Shown here: positions 1 through 9,976 of the stretch, piece after piece
Layout of the letters: each line of letters opens with the position of its first letter
How positions within the stretch are numbered: position 1 is the first letter of the stretch
Assembly: GCA_965372795.1 (NCBI GenBank)
Contig: CBDVDR010000002.1
Span: forward strand, 248,256-312,255
Source: an uncultured bacterium
GTDB taxonomy: Bacteria; Zixibacteria; MSB-5A5; GN15; FEB-12
Length of the DNA stretch: 64,000 bases
Reading direction: 5' to 3'
Program-made: the position numbers and the translations under genes
The notes under the pieces: generated by a model
Told to the model about the DNA's origin: nothing
Database searches by the model: none
Seen by the model: the letters and a program-made list of their open reading frames with translations, nothing else

Positions 1-1
1 T

Positions 2-61
2 ACTTATGAAGTCCCCAGATTCAGCTGGAATAAAGACGATCCGCCAGAGGTGATAAAGTGA
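2..61 (+). CDS. nuoC: NADH-quinone oxidoreductase subunit C, 3' end only (partial)
   Basis: Frame 2 reads TYEVPRFSWNKDDPPEVIK*; its TGA (59-61) overlaps the nuoD ATG; identity is inferred from gene order. Confidence 0.6.
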   Translation, partial: TYEVPRFSWNKDDPPEVIK

Positions 62-1230
62 TGGATAGAAAAGAAGTCACTTTAAACATGGGACCTCAGC
101 ACCCGTCAACTCACGGTGTGCTGCGAGTAGTCCTTACACTTGACGGTGAGAAAGTTGTCAGAGCTGAGCCGGTTGTCGGATATCTGCATACCGGTATTGA
201 GAAAACAATGGAAAGCAAGCTATACTACCATGCTTTACCATGTACTGACCGGATGGATTATTTAGCTCCGATGTCCAATAATTTAGGCTTCTGTCTGGCT
301 GTTGAAAAACTGATGGATATTGAAGTGCCTGAAAAAGTGAAATGGGCACGAGTGATTTTAGCTGAACTGACAAGAATTAAATCACATCTGGTTTGGTTGG
401 GAACTCACGCCCTTGATCTCGGGGCAATGTCAATGCTTCTTTATACTTTCCGTGAACGGGAATCAATCGTTGATGTTTACGAAGCCTGTGGCGGTCAGAG
501 GATGATGACCAGTTATATTAGAATTGGCGGGCTGGCACATGAACTTCCGGTTGATTTTGATAAAAAAGTAAAACAGGTATTGAAACAGATTCCTGAAGGC
601 TTGGCTGATTACGAAAAACTGTTAACAGGTAATGAGATTTTTATTCAACGTACTAAAAATGTTGCAATAATTTCCAAAGAAGACGCTATAAATTATTCGC
701 TTACCGGTCCGATGCTTCGAGGCAGCGGTGTGAATTATGATCTTAGAAAAGCCAACCCTTATAGCGGTTATGAAAATTTTGATTTTGATGTCCCGCTTGG
801 AAAAAACGGCGACGCCTGGGATCGTTATAAAATTCGTCTTGAAGAGATTCGTCAATCTTTACGGATTATTAAACAAGGCTTGGACGGCATGCCGGATGGT
901 CCTTATCGGGCTCATGTTCCGGGTGTGGTTCTTCCGCCTAAAGAAGATATTCTATATAAAATGGAATCAATGATTTTCCATTTTAAAATTATTACTGAAG
1001 GATTCAAACCTCCGGTTGGTTCGGTATATATGCCAATCGAATCGCCCAAAGGGGAGCTTGGATTCCAAATATCGTCAGATGGCACTAATAAACCACATCG
1101 GGTAAGAGTTCGTCCGCCAAGTTTTATCAATTTGGCATCACTGGCCAAATTAGTTGAAGGACGGATGTTCTCGGATGTTGTTTGTGCTATTGGAACCGTT
1201 GATATTGTATTAGGAGAAGTTGACCGATGA
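61..1230 (+). CDS. nuoD: NADH-quinone oxidoreductase subunit D
   Basis: NMGPQHPSTHGVLR, GYLH, ESPKGELG and C-terminal DIVLGEVDR; ATG at 61 preferred over GTG at 58. Confidence 0.97.
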   Translation: MDRKEVTLNMGPQHPSTHGVLRVVLTLDGEKVVRAEPVVGYLHTGIEKTMESKLYYHALPCTDRMDYLAPMSNNLGFCLAVEKLMDIEVPEKVKWARVILAELTRIKSHLVWLGTHALDLGAMSMLLYTFRERESIVDVYEACGGQRMMTSYIRIGGLAHELPVDFDKKVKQVLKQIPEGLADYEKLLTGNEIFIQRTKNVAIISKEDAINYSLTGPMLRGSGVNYDLRKANPYSGYENFDFDVPLGKNGDAWDRYKIRLEEIRQSLRIIKQGLDGMPDGPYRAHVPGVVLPPKEDILYKMESMIFHFKIITEGFKPPVGSVYMPIESPKGELGFQISSDGTNKPHRVRVRPPSFINLASLAKLVEGRMFSDVVCAIGTVDIVLGEVDR

Positions 1231-1703
1231 TTCTGAATGAAGAATCAATAAAACGAATAAAAGAAAAAGCCGCTCGCTATCCGACTAAAAAGTCAGCGAT
1301 ATTACCGGCTATTACGATTGCCTATCGTCAGATTGGGCATCTTGATGATGAGATATATATTGAGTTGAGTAAAGTTATTGATGTTCCGGCGGTTGATATT
1401 GCCGAAGCAGCAACTTTTTATACAATGTTCCCCAAAAAACCAACCGGTAAATATCTTTTGCAGGTTTGCAATAATATTTCATGTGCCTTAGTTGGGTCGG
1501 ATTCATTAGTCGGCTATCTTGAAGATAAACTAAATATTAAAAAAGGTGAGACTACCGAAGACGGACTGTTTACTTTAATAACGGTTGAATGTCTCGGTTC
1601 ATGTGCAACCGCACCGATGGTACAGGTTAATCATGATTTTGAAGAAAATCTTAACCGTGAAAAACTTGATAAAGTAATTGATGATTTGAGGGCTAAAGCC
1701 TGA
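1227..1703 (+). CDS. nuoE: NADH-quinone oxidoreductase subunit E
   Basis: ATFYTMF and CNNISC...CLGSC [2Fe-2S] motif; ATGA overlap with nuoD. Confidence 0.96.
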   Translation: MILNEESIKRIKEKAARYPTKKSAILPAITIAYRQIGHLDDEIYIELSKVIDVPAVDIAEAATFYTMFPKKPTGKYLLQVCNNISCALVGSDSLVGYLEDKLNIKKGETTEDGLFTLITVECLGSCATAPMVQVNHDFEENLNREKLDKVIDDLRAKA

Positions 1704-3037
1704 TGTTTTATTCACCGGTTAAAACAAACGCTGCTGAAGTAGCTAAGAGTGATAGACTGCATCTGTTCAAGTTTGTAGAAGATCCTAAACAGCCGGACAT
1801 AGAAACCTTCATCGAGCACGGCGGCTATAAAGCCTGGGGAAAAGTGCTAAAAGAAATGAATCCCCAGCAGGTTATTGATGAAGTTAAAAATTCCGGACTG
1901 CGAGGGAGAGGCGGAGCCGGATTTCCAACCGGAATGAAATGGAATTTTGTCCCCAAAGACTCTACCAAACCGAGATACTTGTGTTGCAATGCCGATGAAT
2001 CTGAACCGGGAACCTGCAAAGACAGAGTTTTAATGGAACGCGACCCTCATGCGGTTATCGAGGGCATGGCTATCGCATCCTATGCTATCGGCTGTCATCT
2101 AATGTTTATTTATATTCGCGGTGAATTTAATCATTGCCGGGAACAGATGGAAAAAGCAATGGAAGAAGCGTATGCAAAGGGAATTCTTGGTAAAAATATT
2201 TATGGAACCGGATATGATCTTGAAATGATCGTTCATACCGGGGGCGGGGCATATATTTGCGGTGAAGAAACTTCTATGCTGAATTCAATAGAAGGACACC
2301 GGGGAATGTCACGTATTCGTCCGCCATTTCCGGCGGTTGAAGGACTTTATGCCTGTCCGACAATTGTAAATAATGTCGAATCTTTAGTATCATGTTCCCA
2401 TATTATAAACCGTGGAGCAGAGTGGTATAAAACTCTCGGAACCGAAAAATCATCCGGTTCAAAATTGTTTTCACTTTCAGGACACGTTAAACAACCCGGT
2501 AACTTTGAAGTTGAGCTTGGTTTTTCATTAAAGAAATTGATAATGGATCCTGAGTATGGCGGCGGTATTCTGGGTGATAAAAAATTAAAAGGTGTTATCC
2601 CGGGTGGCGCATCAACACCGTTTCTGACTCCTGAAACATATGATGTCAATCTTGACTATGAAGCCCTGACAGAAGTTGATTCGATGCTTGGTTCGGGAGC
2701 AATTATTGTTTTCCACGAGGACACTTGCATTGTCTGGATTATCCAACGCCTGATACATTTTTTCCGCCACGAATCATGCGGGAAATGCACCCCTTGTCGT
2801 GAGGGAACAGGCTGGCTTGAAAGTATGATTAATCGCATTGAAGCCGGACAGGGAAAACCGGGTGATATTGAAAAGATAGATGATATTTGTGGTAATATTC
2901 TTGGTCGTACTGTCTGTCCTTTAGGAGATGCGGCGGTAATGCCGATTCAGTCAACGATCAGATTATTCCGGGATGAATGGCAGTATCATATTGATCATGG
3001 TAAATGTAAAGTTAAAACGGAATTTCCGTTTAGTTAA
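1703..3037 (+). CDS. nuoF: NADH-quinone oxidoreductase subunit F
   Basis: GLRGRGGAGF, NADESEPGTCKDR, YICGEETS and ESCGKCTPCREG. Confidence 0.97.
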   Translation: MFYSPVKTNAAEVAKSDRLHLFKFVEDPKQPDIETFIEHGGYKAWGKVLKEMNPQQVIDEVKNSGLRGRGGAGFPTGMKWNFVPKDSTKPRYLCCNADESEPGTCKDRVLMERDPHAVIEGMAIASYAIGCHLMFIYIRGEFNHCREQMEKAMEEAYAKGILGKNIYGTGYDLEMIVHTGGGAYICGEETSMLNSIEGHRGMSRIRPPFPAVEGLYACPTIVNNVESLVSCSHIINRGAEWYKTLGTEKSSGSKLFSLSGHVKQPGNFEVELGFSLKKLIMDPEYGGGILGDKKLKGVIPGGASTPFLTPETYDVNLDYEALTEVDSMLGSGAIIVFHEDTCIVWIIQRLIHFFRHESCGKCTPCREGTGWLESMINRIEAGQGKPGDIEKIDDICGNILGRTVCPLGDAAVMPIQSTIRLFRDEWQYHIDHGKCKVKTEFPFS

Positions 3038-3043
3038 AAATAT

Positions 3044-5605
3044 ATGACTCAGGAAGCAAAAGAAAAGAAAGAGATTTCGGTGCCTACGGTAACATTGACA
3101 ATTAATGGCAGAGAGATAACAGTCCCCAAAGGTACTACTGTTCTTGAAGCCTCACTTCAAAACGGGATTCATATCCCAACTTTTTGCTGGCATCCAAAGT
3201 TAAAGTCAGTCGGTTCCTGCCGGATGTGTTATGTTGAGATTGAAAAGATGCGTAATCTTATGGTCTCTTGCGCTACCGAAGCAACCAACGGCATGATTGT
3301 CCATACTGAGTCTGAAAAAGTTCTCCAGGGACGCAAAGCTGTAATCGAATTTATCCTTGCCAACCATCCTCTTGATTGTCCGACCTGTGACAAAGGCGGG
3401 GAGTGTGATCTTCAGAACCAAACTTTTGAACATGGCTACGATGATTCCCGTTTTGATTTTAGAAAACACCGTTTTGTAGATGAAAAAACAAATTCAACTT
3501 TTGATGATCTTAAAATCGGTCCTGAACTAGTTCTGAACCGCAATCGCTGTATCCTTTGTTATAAATGCGTCCGCGCCAATAAAGAGGCTTTCAACGAATA
3601 TGATTTGGGTGCGTATGAACGCGGGAATATTACTGAAATCCATGCGGCTCCGGGACAAGCGGTCGATAATCCGTTCTCCGGTAATCTTGCTGAGATTTGT
3701 CCGGTTGGGGCTTTAACAAATTCGGATTGGCGTTATAAAATCAGAGTCTGGTTAACCCAGACCGTTGATGGTATTTGTAATTTCTCAAGTTCTGGCACGA
3801 ACTTAAAGTATTATAAAGAAGGCCATCAGAATAAAATCTTTAGAGTCATGTCAAATCCCAAAGATGCTATTGATGACGGTTGGATTAACGATATTACCCG
3901 GTATGGATACCAAATTGTAAATTCTGCTGATCGCTTGAAAAAGCCTTTGATTAAAAAAGAAGGCAAACAGGTTGAAGTATCCTGGGATGAAGCGATTGAA
4001 GTTATTTATAAACGATTAACAGAAATTAAAGATAAGATGGGTTCGGTCTGTATTGGGGGACTAGCCTCTCCGAATCTTGATAACGCTTCTTTATATTCAT
4101 TTAATAAGTTCTTCCGTAAAGTTCTCAATTCCAATAATGTTGATTTCAGAACTCACTACCGCATGTTGCCGGCAGATGAAAATTCGATCTTCTCAAGTTT
4201 AAGTTCACAAAACTTTTCAATTGCAGATATTGATGATTCTGATGTTATCGTAACCTTTGGATCTGATCTGATTCGTGAACATCAAAATGAGTATTTAAGA
4301 ATTATCAAAGCAAAACAGTTTGGCAATGCTCGGGTTTATTCGATAAATCCTTATGCGATGAAATCGGCTGATGTTGCCAATTTAGAATTGATCTATAAAC
4401 CGGGGTTTGATGAACAGGTAATAAACGGTATCTGTCTTTCAGCAATTGAAGACAATCTGGTTGATTCATCAAAAGCCTCTGAGTTAAAAAATAATATTAC
4501 GCCTAATAATTTAAATGAAATTTCTGAACTCTGCGGAGTGTCGGTGAATGATTTTAAAATAATTGCCAAGGCTCTTTCAGAAGGAATGAAAATTACTTTT
4601 ATAATCGGTGAACTGATCGTTCGTTCTCGGGAGCGGGAAGCTATTTCTACGGCAGTATCTAATTTAAATTATCTGTTTGATTTGAATAATAAAGGACAGG
4701 TTGCGGTTCTGGCTCGCTATGCCAATACTAAAGGTGCTGAAAAATTAGGTTTGTTGCCTCATCCTCATGCTGCTATCAAAAAAGAACTGGAATCTTCATT
4801 TGATTGTTATCCTCAATGTGAGGCTCATAACACTGACAGCATGCTGGCTTTGATGAAAAAGGAAGAGATTAGCGGTCTTGTTATTATGGGTTCAAATCCA
4901 ATGATGTTATATCCTGACCGTGAATTTGTCAAAGAAGGATTAGGGAAACTTGATTTCCTTGTCGTGTGTGATCTGTTTGATTCTGAAACAACCGAGCTTG
5001 CTGATGTGGTTCTTCCGCTTTCAAGTTGGGCAGAGTATGAAGGCGACTATGTGAATCTTGAAGGAAAAGTACAGACTTCAGGCAAAGCTATCAAACCGAT
5101 TGGTGATGCAAAACCCGGTTATGATATTATAAAAATGATGGCTGATAAATATGAAACATCAATTTTTGATTCTGATGATGATATGCAGACAGAAATAGAT
5201 CAATTGTTGAAAATTGACAGCTTCATGAAATTACCTCAGGGGATAAGTGAAGTCAAAGTTGCTGAAGAAAAAATTGACGAAGGTTTTGATATTCCACTTT
5301 TTGTGAATGATGATCCACATCATAGCGGCCACTGGACTGAAAAATCACCTTCTTTAATGAATTTTGCGGGCGAGGCGTATCTGGAACTTGCTCCTGAAAT
5401 GGCAGAAAAATATAATCTGAACGAGGGCGACCCCGTCAGAGTTGAATCACCGGTAAGTAAAATTATTGTACCGGTCAAAATTTCAGAACATCTTGAAAAT
5501 GATGTTGTCCTGTTACCAAGGAATTTCTCATCAACTCATGTAACTTCATTGATGATGAGAAAAAAACGAGTCGACCGAGTAAAGCTTAGCCGGGTGGATG
5601 ATTAA
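3044..5605 (+). CDS. nuoG: NADH-quinone oxidoreductase subunit G
   Basis: N1b (FCWH..GSCRMC..SC), N5 (HPLDCPTCDKGGEC) and N4 (CILCYKC..C) motifs, plus a molybdopterin-oxidoreductase-like C-terminus. Confidence 0.95.
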   Translation: MTQEAKEKKEISVPTVTLTINGREITVPKGTTVLEASLQNGIHIPTFCWHPKLKSVGSCRMCYVEIEKMRNLMVSCATEATNGMIVHTESEKVLQGRKAVIEFILANHPLDCPTCDKGGECDLQNQTFEHGYDDSRFDFRKHRFVDEKTNSTFDDLKIGPELVLNRNRCILCYKCVRANKEAFNEYDLGAYERGNITEIHAAPGQAVDNPFSGNLAEICPVGALTNSDWRYKIRVWLTQTVDGICNFSSSGTNLKYYKEGHQNKIFRVMSNPKDAIDDGWINDITRYGYQIVNSADRLKKPLIKKEGKQVEVSWDEAIEVIYKRLTEIKDKMGSVCIGGLASPNLDNASLYSFNKFFRKVLNSNNVDFRTHYRMLPADENSIFSSLSSQNFSIADIDDSDVIVTFGSDLIREHQNEYLRIIKAKQFGNARVYSINPYAMKSADVANLELIYKPGFDEQVINGICLSAIEDNLVDSSKASELKNNITPNNLNEISELCGVSVNDFKIIAKALSEGMKITFIIGELIVRSREREAISTAVSNLNYLFDLNNKGQVAVLARYANTKGAEKLGLLPHPHAAIKKELESSFDCYPQCEAHNTDSMLALMKKEEISGLVIMGSNPMMLYPDREFVKEGLGKLDFLVVCDLFDSETTELADVVLPLSSWAEYEGDYVNLEGKVQTSGKAIKPIGDAKPGYDIIKMMADKYETSIFDSDDDMQTEIDQLLKIDSFMKLPQGISEVKVAEEKIDEGFDIPLFVNDDPHHSGHWTEKSPSLMNFAGEAYLELAPEMAEKYNLNEGDPVRVESPVSKIIVPVKISEHLENDVVLLPRNFSSTHVTSLMMRKKRVDRVKLSRVDD

Positions 5606-5608
5606 GTT

Positions 5609-6610
5609 ATGTTAGAGATGATGGTCATAGCCTTTATAAAGGTAGCCTTAGTCGTTGTTGCAGTTCTCACTGGTTGTGCTTATTCGACCTGGCTCGAAAG
5701 AAAAGTTCTGGCGCGTCTTCAGCATCGGATGGGACCAACTTATGCCGGACCTTATGGGTTGATGCAGCCGATAGCGGATGGTTTAAAGTTAATCTTTAAA
5801 GAAGATATCGTTCCGAACAATGCCGAGAGAGTAACTTTTGCTCTGGCGCCGATGATATCATTTATTCCAGCTTTGCTGACTTTTGCAGTTGTTCCGTTTG
5901 GCGCTGATACTGTTATCTTTGGCCATGAAGTCAAAATGGTGCTGTCTGATTTGAATATTGGTGTTCTCTTTGTCTTTGCAGTAACATCACTCGGTATTTA
6001 CGGTATCGTTCTGGCCGGCTGGTCATCCGGTTCAAAATATTCCTTAATGGGCGGATTGCGATCATCAGCACAAATGATTTCTTATGAAGTCAGCTACGGA
6101 TTATCAATTATTGGAATTATCTTAATAGCAAATACATTGTCGTTACGTGAACTTGTCGACATGCAGGCCTCGGATTCGATCTGGTTTTTCAGTAACTGGT
6201 TTATCTGGAAACAACCCTTAGGATTTTTACTTTACCTGGTCTGTGCTGTTGCCGAAACCAACCGCGCCCCATTTGATCTGCCCGAGGCAGAGTCGGAACT
6301 GGTCGCCGGTTATCACACCGAATATTCATCAATGCGATTCAGTATGTTCTTTATCAGTGAATATGCAAATATGATTGCTGTCGCAGCGGTTGGCGTAACT
6401 CTGTTCTTCGGTGGTTGGCATGGTCCGTATCTGCCGTCGATACTCTGGTTTGTAATTAAGGTTTTCTGTTGTATGTTCTTCTTTATATGGTTAAGAGCAA
6501 CGTTCCCTCGTTTGCGCTATGACCAGCTAATGAATTTTGGATGGAAAGTTTTGTTCCCGCTTGCCCTGCTGAACACCATGGTGACAGCTGCCTGGGTAAT
6601 GTGGGAATAG
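5609..6610 (+). CDS. nuoH: NADH-quinone oxidoreductase subunit H
   Basis: GLMQPIADGLKL and ETNRAPFDLPEAESELVAGYHTEYS. Confidence 0.97.
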   Translation: MLEMMVIAFIKVALVVVAVLTGCAYSTWLERKVLARLQHRMGPTYAGPYGLMQPIADGLKLIFKEDIVPNNAERVTFALAPMISFIPALLTFAVVPFGADTVIFGHEVKMVLSDLNIGVLFVFAVTSLGIYGIVLAGWSSGSKYSLMGGLRSSAQMISYEVSYGLSIIGIILIANTLSLRELVDMQASDSIWFFSNWFIWKQPLGFLLYLVCAVAETNRAPFDLPEAESELVAGYHTEYSSMRFSMFFISEYANMIAVAAVGVTLFFGGWHGPYLPSILWFVIKVFCCMFFFIWLRATFPRLRYDQLMNFGWKVLFPLALLNTMVTAAWVMWE

Positions 6611-6632
6611 GATAAAGTGAGGCAGTAAGAGA

Positions 6633-7136
6633 ATGAAAGAAGTAATTAAAGCAATTGGCAATGTTTTTATAAATATGCCGATTGGTATGGCAACAACTTT
6701 TAAGCATATGTTTAAAAAGCCAATTACTCTTGATTACCCAAAGAAGAAAAAACCGATGTCTCCCCGGTATCGCGGTCGTCATTATCTCGAGCGTTATGAT
6801 GATGGTTCCGAGCGGTGTGTCTGTTGTGGTTTATGTGCCTCTGCCTGTCCGGCTGATGCGATTTATATGGAGCCGGAGGAGAATGAAAAAGGGGAGAGAA
6901 AAGCTAAGATTTATGAAATAAATCTTCTGCGTTGTATCTACTGTGGATTATGTGAAGAAGCCTGTCCTGAAGAAGCAATCTTTCTGGGTCAGGATTATGA
7001 ATTTGCTGATTCCACACGCGATGCTTTTATTTGGAAAAAAGAACAAATGCTGGTTAAGCATCCAAGAAAAGAAAATCCTCTTAAAAAAATATATCGTCGT
7101 ATAAGAAAAGTTTATGGAGTCCCGGATAGAAACTAA
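6633..7136 (+). CDS. nuoI: NADH-quinone oxidoreductase subunit I
   Basis: RYRGRH and two CxxCxxCxxxCP motifs. Confidence 0.96.
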   Translation: MKEVIKAIGNVFINMPIGMATTFKHMFKKPITLDYPKKKKPMSPRYRGRHYLERYDDGSERCVCCGLCASACPADAIYMEPEENEKGERKAKIYEINLLRCIYCGLCEEACPEEAIFLGQDYEFADSTRDAFIWKKEQMLVKHPRKENPLKKIYRRIRKVYGVPDRN

Positions 7137-7717
7137 TGAATTTAGATATTATTATATTTGTGATCTCTGCTGTTGTAGCTGTCTTTGGAGCTACAATGAT
7201 GATCTTTCAGCGTAACCCGATAGCATCGGTTTTATACCTGATTGTATCCTTAGTTGCCCAAGCGGTTTTATATGTACAGCTCGGCGCCCTGTTTATGGGG
7301 GCGATGCTGATTATTGTATATGCCGGTGCAATTATGGTTTTATTCTTGTTTGTAATAATGATGCTGAATCTCAGGGGTGGGGAAGACCTCGGAGAATCAT
7401 CACCGCCAATTAGTAGATTTACTAAATATGTTGTTTCATTACTAATCTTTTTTGAGATGGTATTTATTATTCGAAATGGTTTTTTATCAAATGCTTTTGC
7501 ACCCGGAATGATGCAGGAAGCGACAACCGATTTTGGAACAGTGGAACCAATCGCAACATTATTATTTACACGATATCTATATCCGTTTGAATTAACCTCA
7601 ATTCTGTTACTGGCTGCTATTGTCGGCGCCGTTGTGCTGGCCAAGCGCGAATCTGCCGAGGAGCTTCAAACGAGTATTGATGAACAGACCGAAGTTAATA
7701 AAGAGGAACAAAAATAA
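7136..7717 (+). CDS. nuoJ: NADH-quinone oxidoreductase subunit J
   Basis: VYAGAIMVLFLFVIM and YLYPFELTSILLL. Confidence 0.95.
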   Translation: MNLDIIIFVISAVVAVFGATMMIFQRNPIASVLYLIVSLVAQAVLYVQLGALFMGAMLIIVYAGAIMVLFLFVIMMLNLRGGEDLGESSPPISRFTKYVVSLLIFFEMVFIIRNGFLSNAFAPGMMQEATTDFGTVEPIATLLFTRYLYPFELTSILLLAAIVGAVVLAKRESAEELQTSIDEQTEVNKEEQK

Positions 7718-7719
7718 TT

Positions 7720-8022
7720 ATGGTTCCTATCTCTGCATATTTAATTGTGGCAGTTGCCTTGTTTGGAATTGGTGCTCTGGGTGTATTGATTTCAAGAAAC
7801 ATCATTATCATGATGATGTCGGTCGAGTTGATGCTCAATGCTGCTAATCTGGTTTTAATCGCATTTTCAAAAGTTATGAATATTATGGATGGTCATGCCA
7901 TCGTGTTTTTGGTTTTAACAGTTGCCGCTGCTGAGGCTGCGGTTGGTTTGGCGATGGTTATTCTGTTGTTCAGAAATCGGGATACTATAAATATTGACCG
8001 CTTCAATATATTGAAATGGTAA
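7720..8022 (+). CDS. nuoK: NADH-quinone oxidoreductase subunit K
   Basis: SVELMLNAANL and VAAAEAAVGLA. Confidence 0.96.
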   Translation: MVPISAYLIVAVALFGIGALGVLISRNIIIMMMSVELMLNAANLVLIAFSKVMNIMDGHAIVFLVLTVAAAEAAVGLAMVILLFRNRDTINIDRFNILKW

Positions 8023-8035
8023 GGTGAAAATAAAT

Positions 8036-9973
8036 ATGGCTGATTACTTGTATTTAATACCTCTTTTTCCGCTGATCGGATTTATGATCAACGGACTGTT
8101 ACTTGGGAAAATCCCACGTACTTTAAGCGGTATAATTGCATCAGGATCTGTCGGGCTATCATTTATTGTTGCCTTGATGTTGTTTTTTGATTTAAAAGCT
8201 CTTCCAACTGATTCAAGAGTTATTGAACAGGTTTTATTTACCTGGATAAATTCCGGTACGTTCCATGTCAGTTTCGGATTCCTTTTGGATCCGCTTTCTT
8301 CAATCATGATATTAGTTGTCACCGGTGTTGGATTTTTAATTCATGTTTATTCAATCGGCTATATGGCTCATGAGCCGGGGTATGGTCGATATTTTACATA
8401 TTTGAATTTGTTTACCTTTTCCATGCTGATTCTGGTGCTGGCTGATAATTTCCTGCTCCTTTTTGTAGGGTGGGAAGGGGTTGGACTTTGTTCTTATCTC
8501 TTAATCGGCTTTTGGTTCGAGAAAAAATCAGCCTCAGATGCCGGTAAAAAAGCTTTCATTGTTAACCGTATTGGTGATTTCGGGTTTTTGCTGGGAATGT
8601 TTTTGATTTTCTGGAATGTGGGCACACTCAATTTCAGAGAAGTTGTCGAACTTTCACCAACAATATTTACAGTCGGCAGCGGTTTGATTACAGGAATTTG
8701 TCTGCTTCTATTTTTAGGTGCGACCGGTAAATCGGCACAAATACCTTTGTTTGTCTGGCTGCCGGATGCTATGGAAGGACCGACACCCGTATCAGCATTA
8801 ATTCATGCGGCAACGATGGTAACAGCCGGTGTTTATATGATTGTCAGAACCAATGTCCTGTTTATAATGGCTCCCGATGCTATGATGACGGTTGCAATCA
8901 TTGGTGCTACCACAGCCATATTTGCGGCAACAATCGGGTTAGCGCAAAATGATATTAAACGAGTTTTGGCTTACTCAACTGTTAGCCAATTAGGATATAT
9001 GTTCCTTGCCTGTGGTGTCGCCGCATTCTCTGCCGGTATTTTTCATCTGATGACTCATGCCTTCTTTAAAGCGTTATTATTCCTCGGATCCGGCTCGGTT
9101 ATTCATGCTATGTCGGATGAGCAGGATATGCGTAAAATGGGCGGATTAAAAAAATATATTCCGGTTACATATTGGACCTTTATAATTGCCACGCTGGCAA
9201 TATCAGGAATTCCCGGTCTGTCAGGATTTTTCTCAAAGGATGAAATTCTCTGGAAATCATTCTCATCTCAATACGGTCACCCGATCTTCTGGGTGCTCGG
9301 ATTTATTACTGCCGGATTAACTGCTTTCTATATGTTCCGACTGGTCTATATGACTTTCCACGGGAAAGAACGAATGGATGATACAACTCGTAAAAATATC
9401 CATGAATCTCCCAAAACAATGACAGTCCCATTGATTGTCCTGGCAGTCTTATCAGTTATTGGTGGCTGGGTAGGCATCCCGCATATCTTTGGAGTGACAA
9501 ATTATTTTGAACACTGGTTGGAACCGGTAGTAGCTTCCAGTTCTCAAATCGCTGCGACACAAGCTTTGTTAGCCTCGTCAGCAGATACCACAACGGAATG
9601 GGGACTAATGGCGGCATCGGTGGCTTTGGTTTTAGCAGCAATATTTATGGCAAGGCTTTTCTACAGCAAAAAACCGGAACTGGCTACAGCTTTCCAATCC
9701 AAACTTACAGGTGTACATAAAGTATTGTTGAATAAATATTATGTTGATGAGCTCTATGGGGCAGTAATAATACGACCAATTGTTTATTTCTCGCTGTTTT
9801 TATGGAAAGTATTCGATGTTGTAATCATTGATGGTTTCTTAAATGGAATGGCTACGCTTTATAACGATGTCTCAGAAACTTTTAGACAGGGACAAACCGG
9901 AAGATTGAGAAGTTATGCTACTCTGTTTGCTTTTGGAGTTGTTATTCTGGTCGCAATCTTTTTGATGGATTAA
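8036..9973 (+). CDS. nuoL: NADH-quinone oxidoreductase subunit L
   Basis: GKSAQIPLFVWLPDAMEGPTPVSALIHAATMV and HAFFKALLF; ATG at 8036 follows AAGGTG (alternative GTG at 8024). Confidence 0.97.
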   Translation: MADYLYLIPLFPLIGFMINGLLLGKIPRTLSGIIASGSVGLSFIVALMLFFDLKALPTDSRVIEQVLFTWINSGTFHVSFGFLLDPLSSIMILVVTGVGFLIHVYSIGYMAHEPGYGRYFTYLNLFTFSMLILVLADNFLLLFVGWEGVGLCSYLLIGFWFEKKSASDAGKKAFIVNRIGDFGFLLGMFLIFWNVGTLNFREVVELSPTIFTVGSGLITGICLLLFLGATGKSAQIPLFVWLPDAMEGPTPVSALIHAATMVTAGVYMIVRTNVLFIMAPDAMMTVAIIGATTAIFAATIGLAQNDIKRVLAYSTVSQLGYMFLACGVAAFSAGIFHLMTHAFFKALLFLGSGSVIHAMSDEQDMRKMGGLKKYIPVTYWTFIIATLAISGIPGLSGFFSKDEILWKSFSSQYGHPIFWVLGFITAGLTAFYMFRLVYMTFHGKERMDDTTRKNIHESPKTMTVPLIVLAVLSVIGGWVGIPHIFGVTNYFEHWLEPVVASSSQIAATQALLASSADTTTEWGLMAASVALVLAAIFMARLFYSKKPELATAFQSKLTGVHKVLLNKYYVDELYGAVIIRPIVYFSLFLWKVFDVVIIDGFLNGMATLYNDVSETFRQGQTGRLRSYATLFAFGVVILVAIFLMD

Positions 9974-9976
9974 GTA

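Noticed and set aside
1227..1705. Selenocysteine read-through at other TGA stops (nuoD, nuoE and similar)
   Set aside because: These TGAs are ATGA/TGATG coupling overlaps at the normal protein ends, with no Cys-equivalent position
7207..7644. 145-aa antisense ORF in nuoJ, and similar shadow ORFs such as 22034-22471
   Set aside because: Antisense shadows of hydrophobic membrane-protein genes
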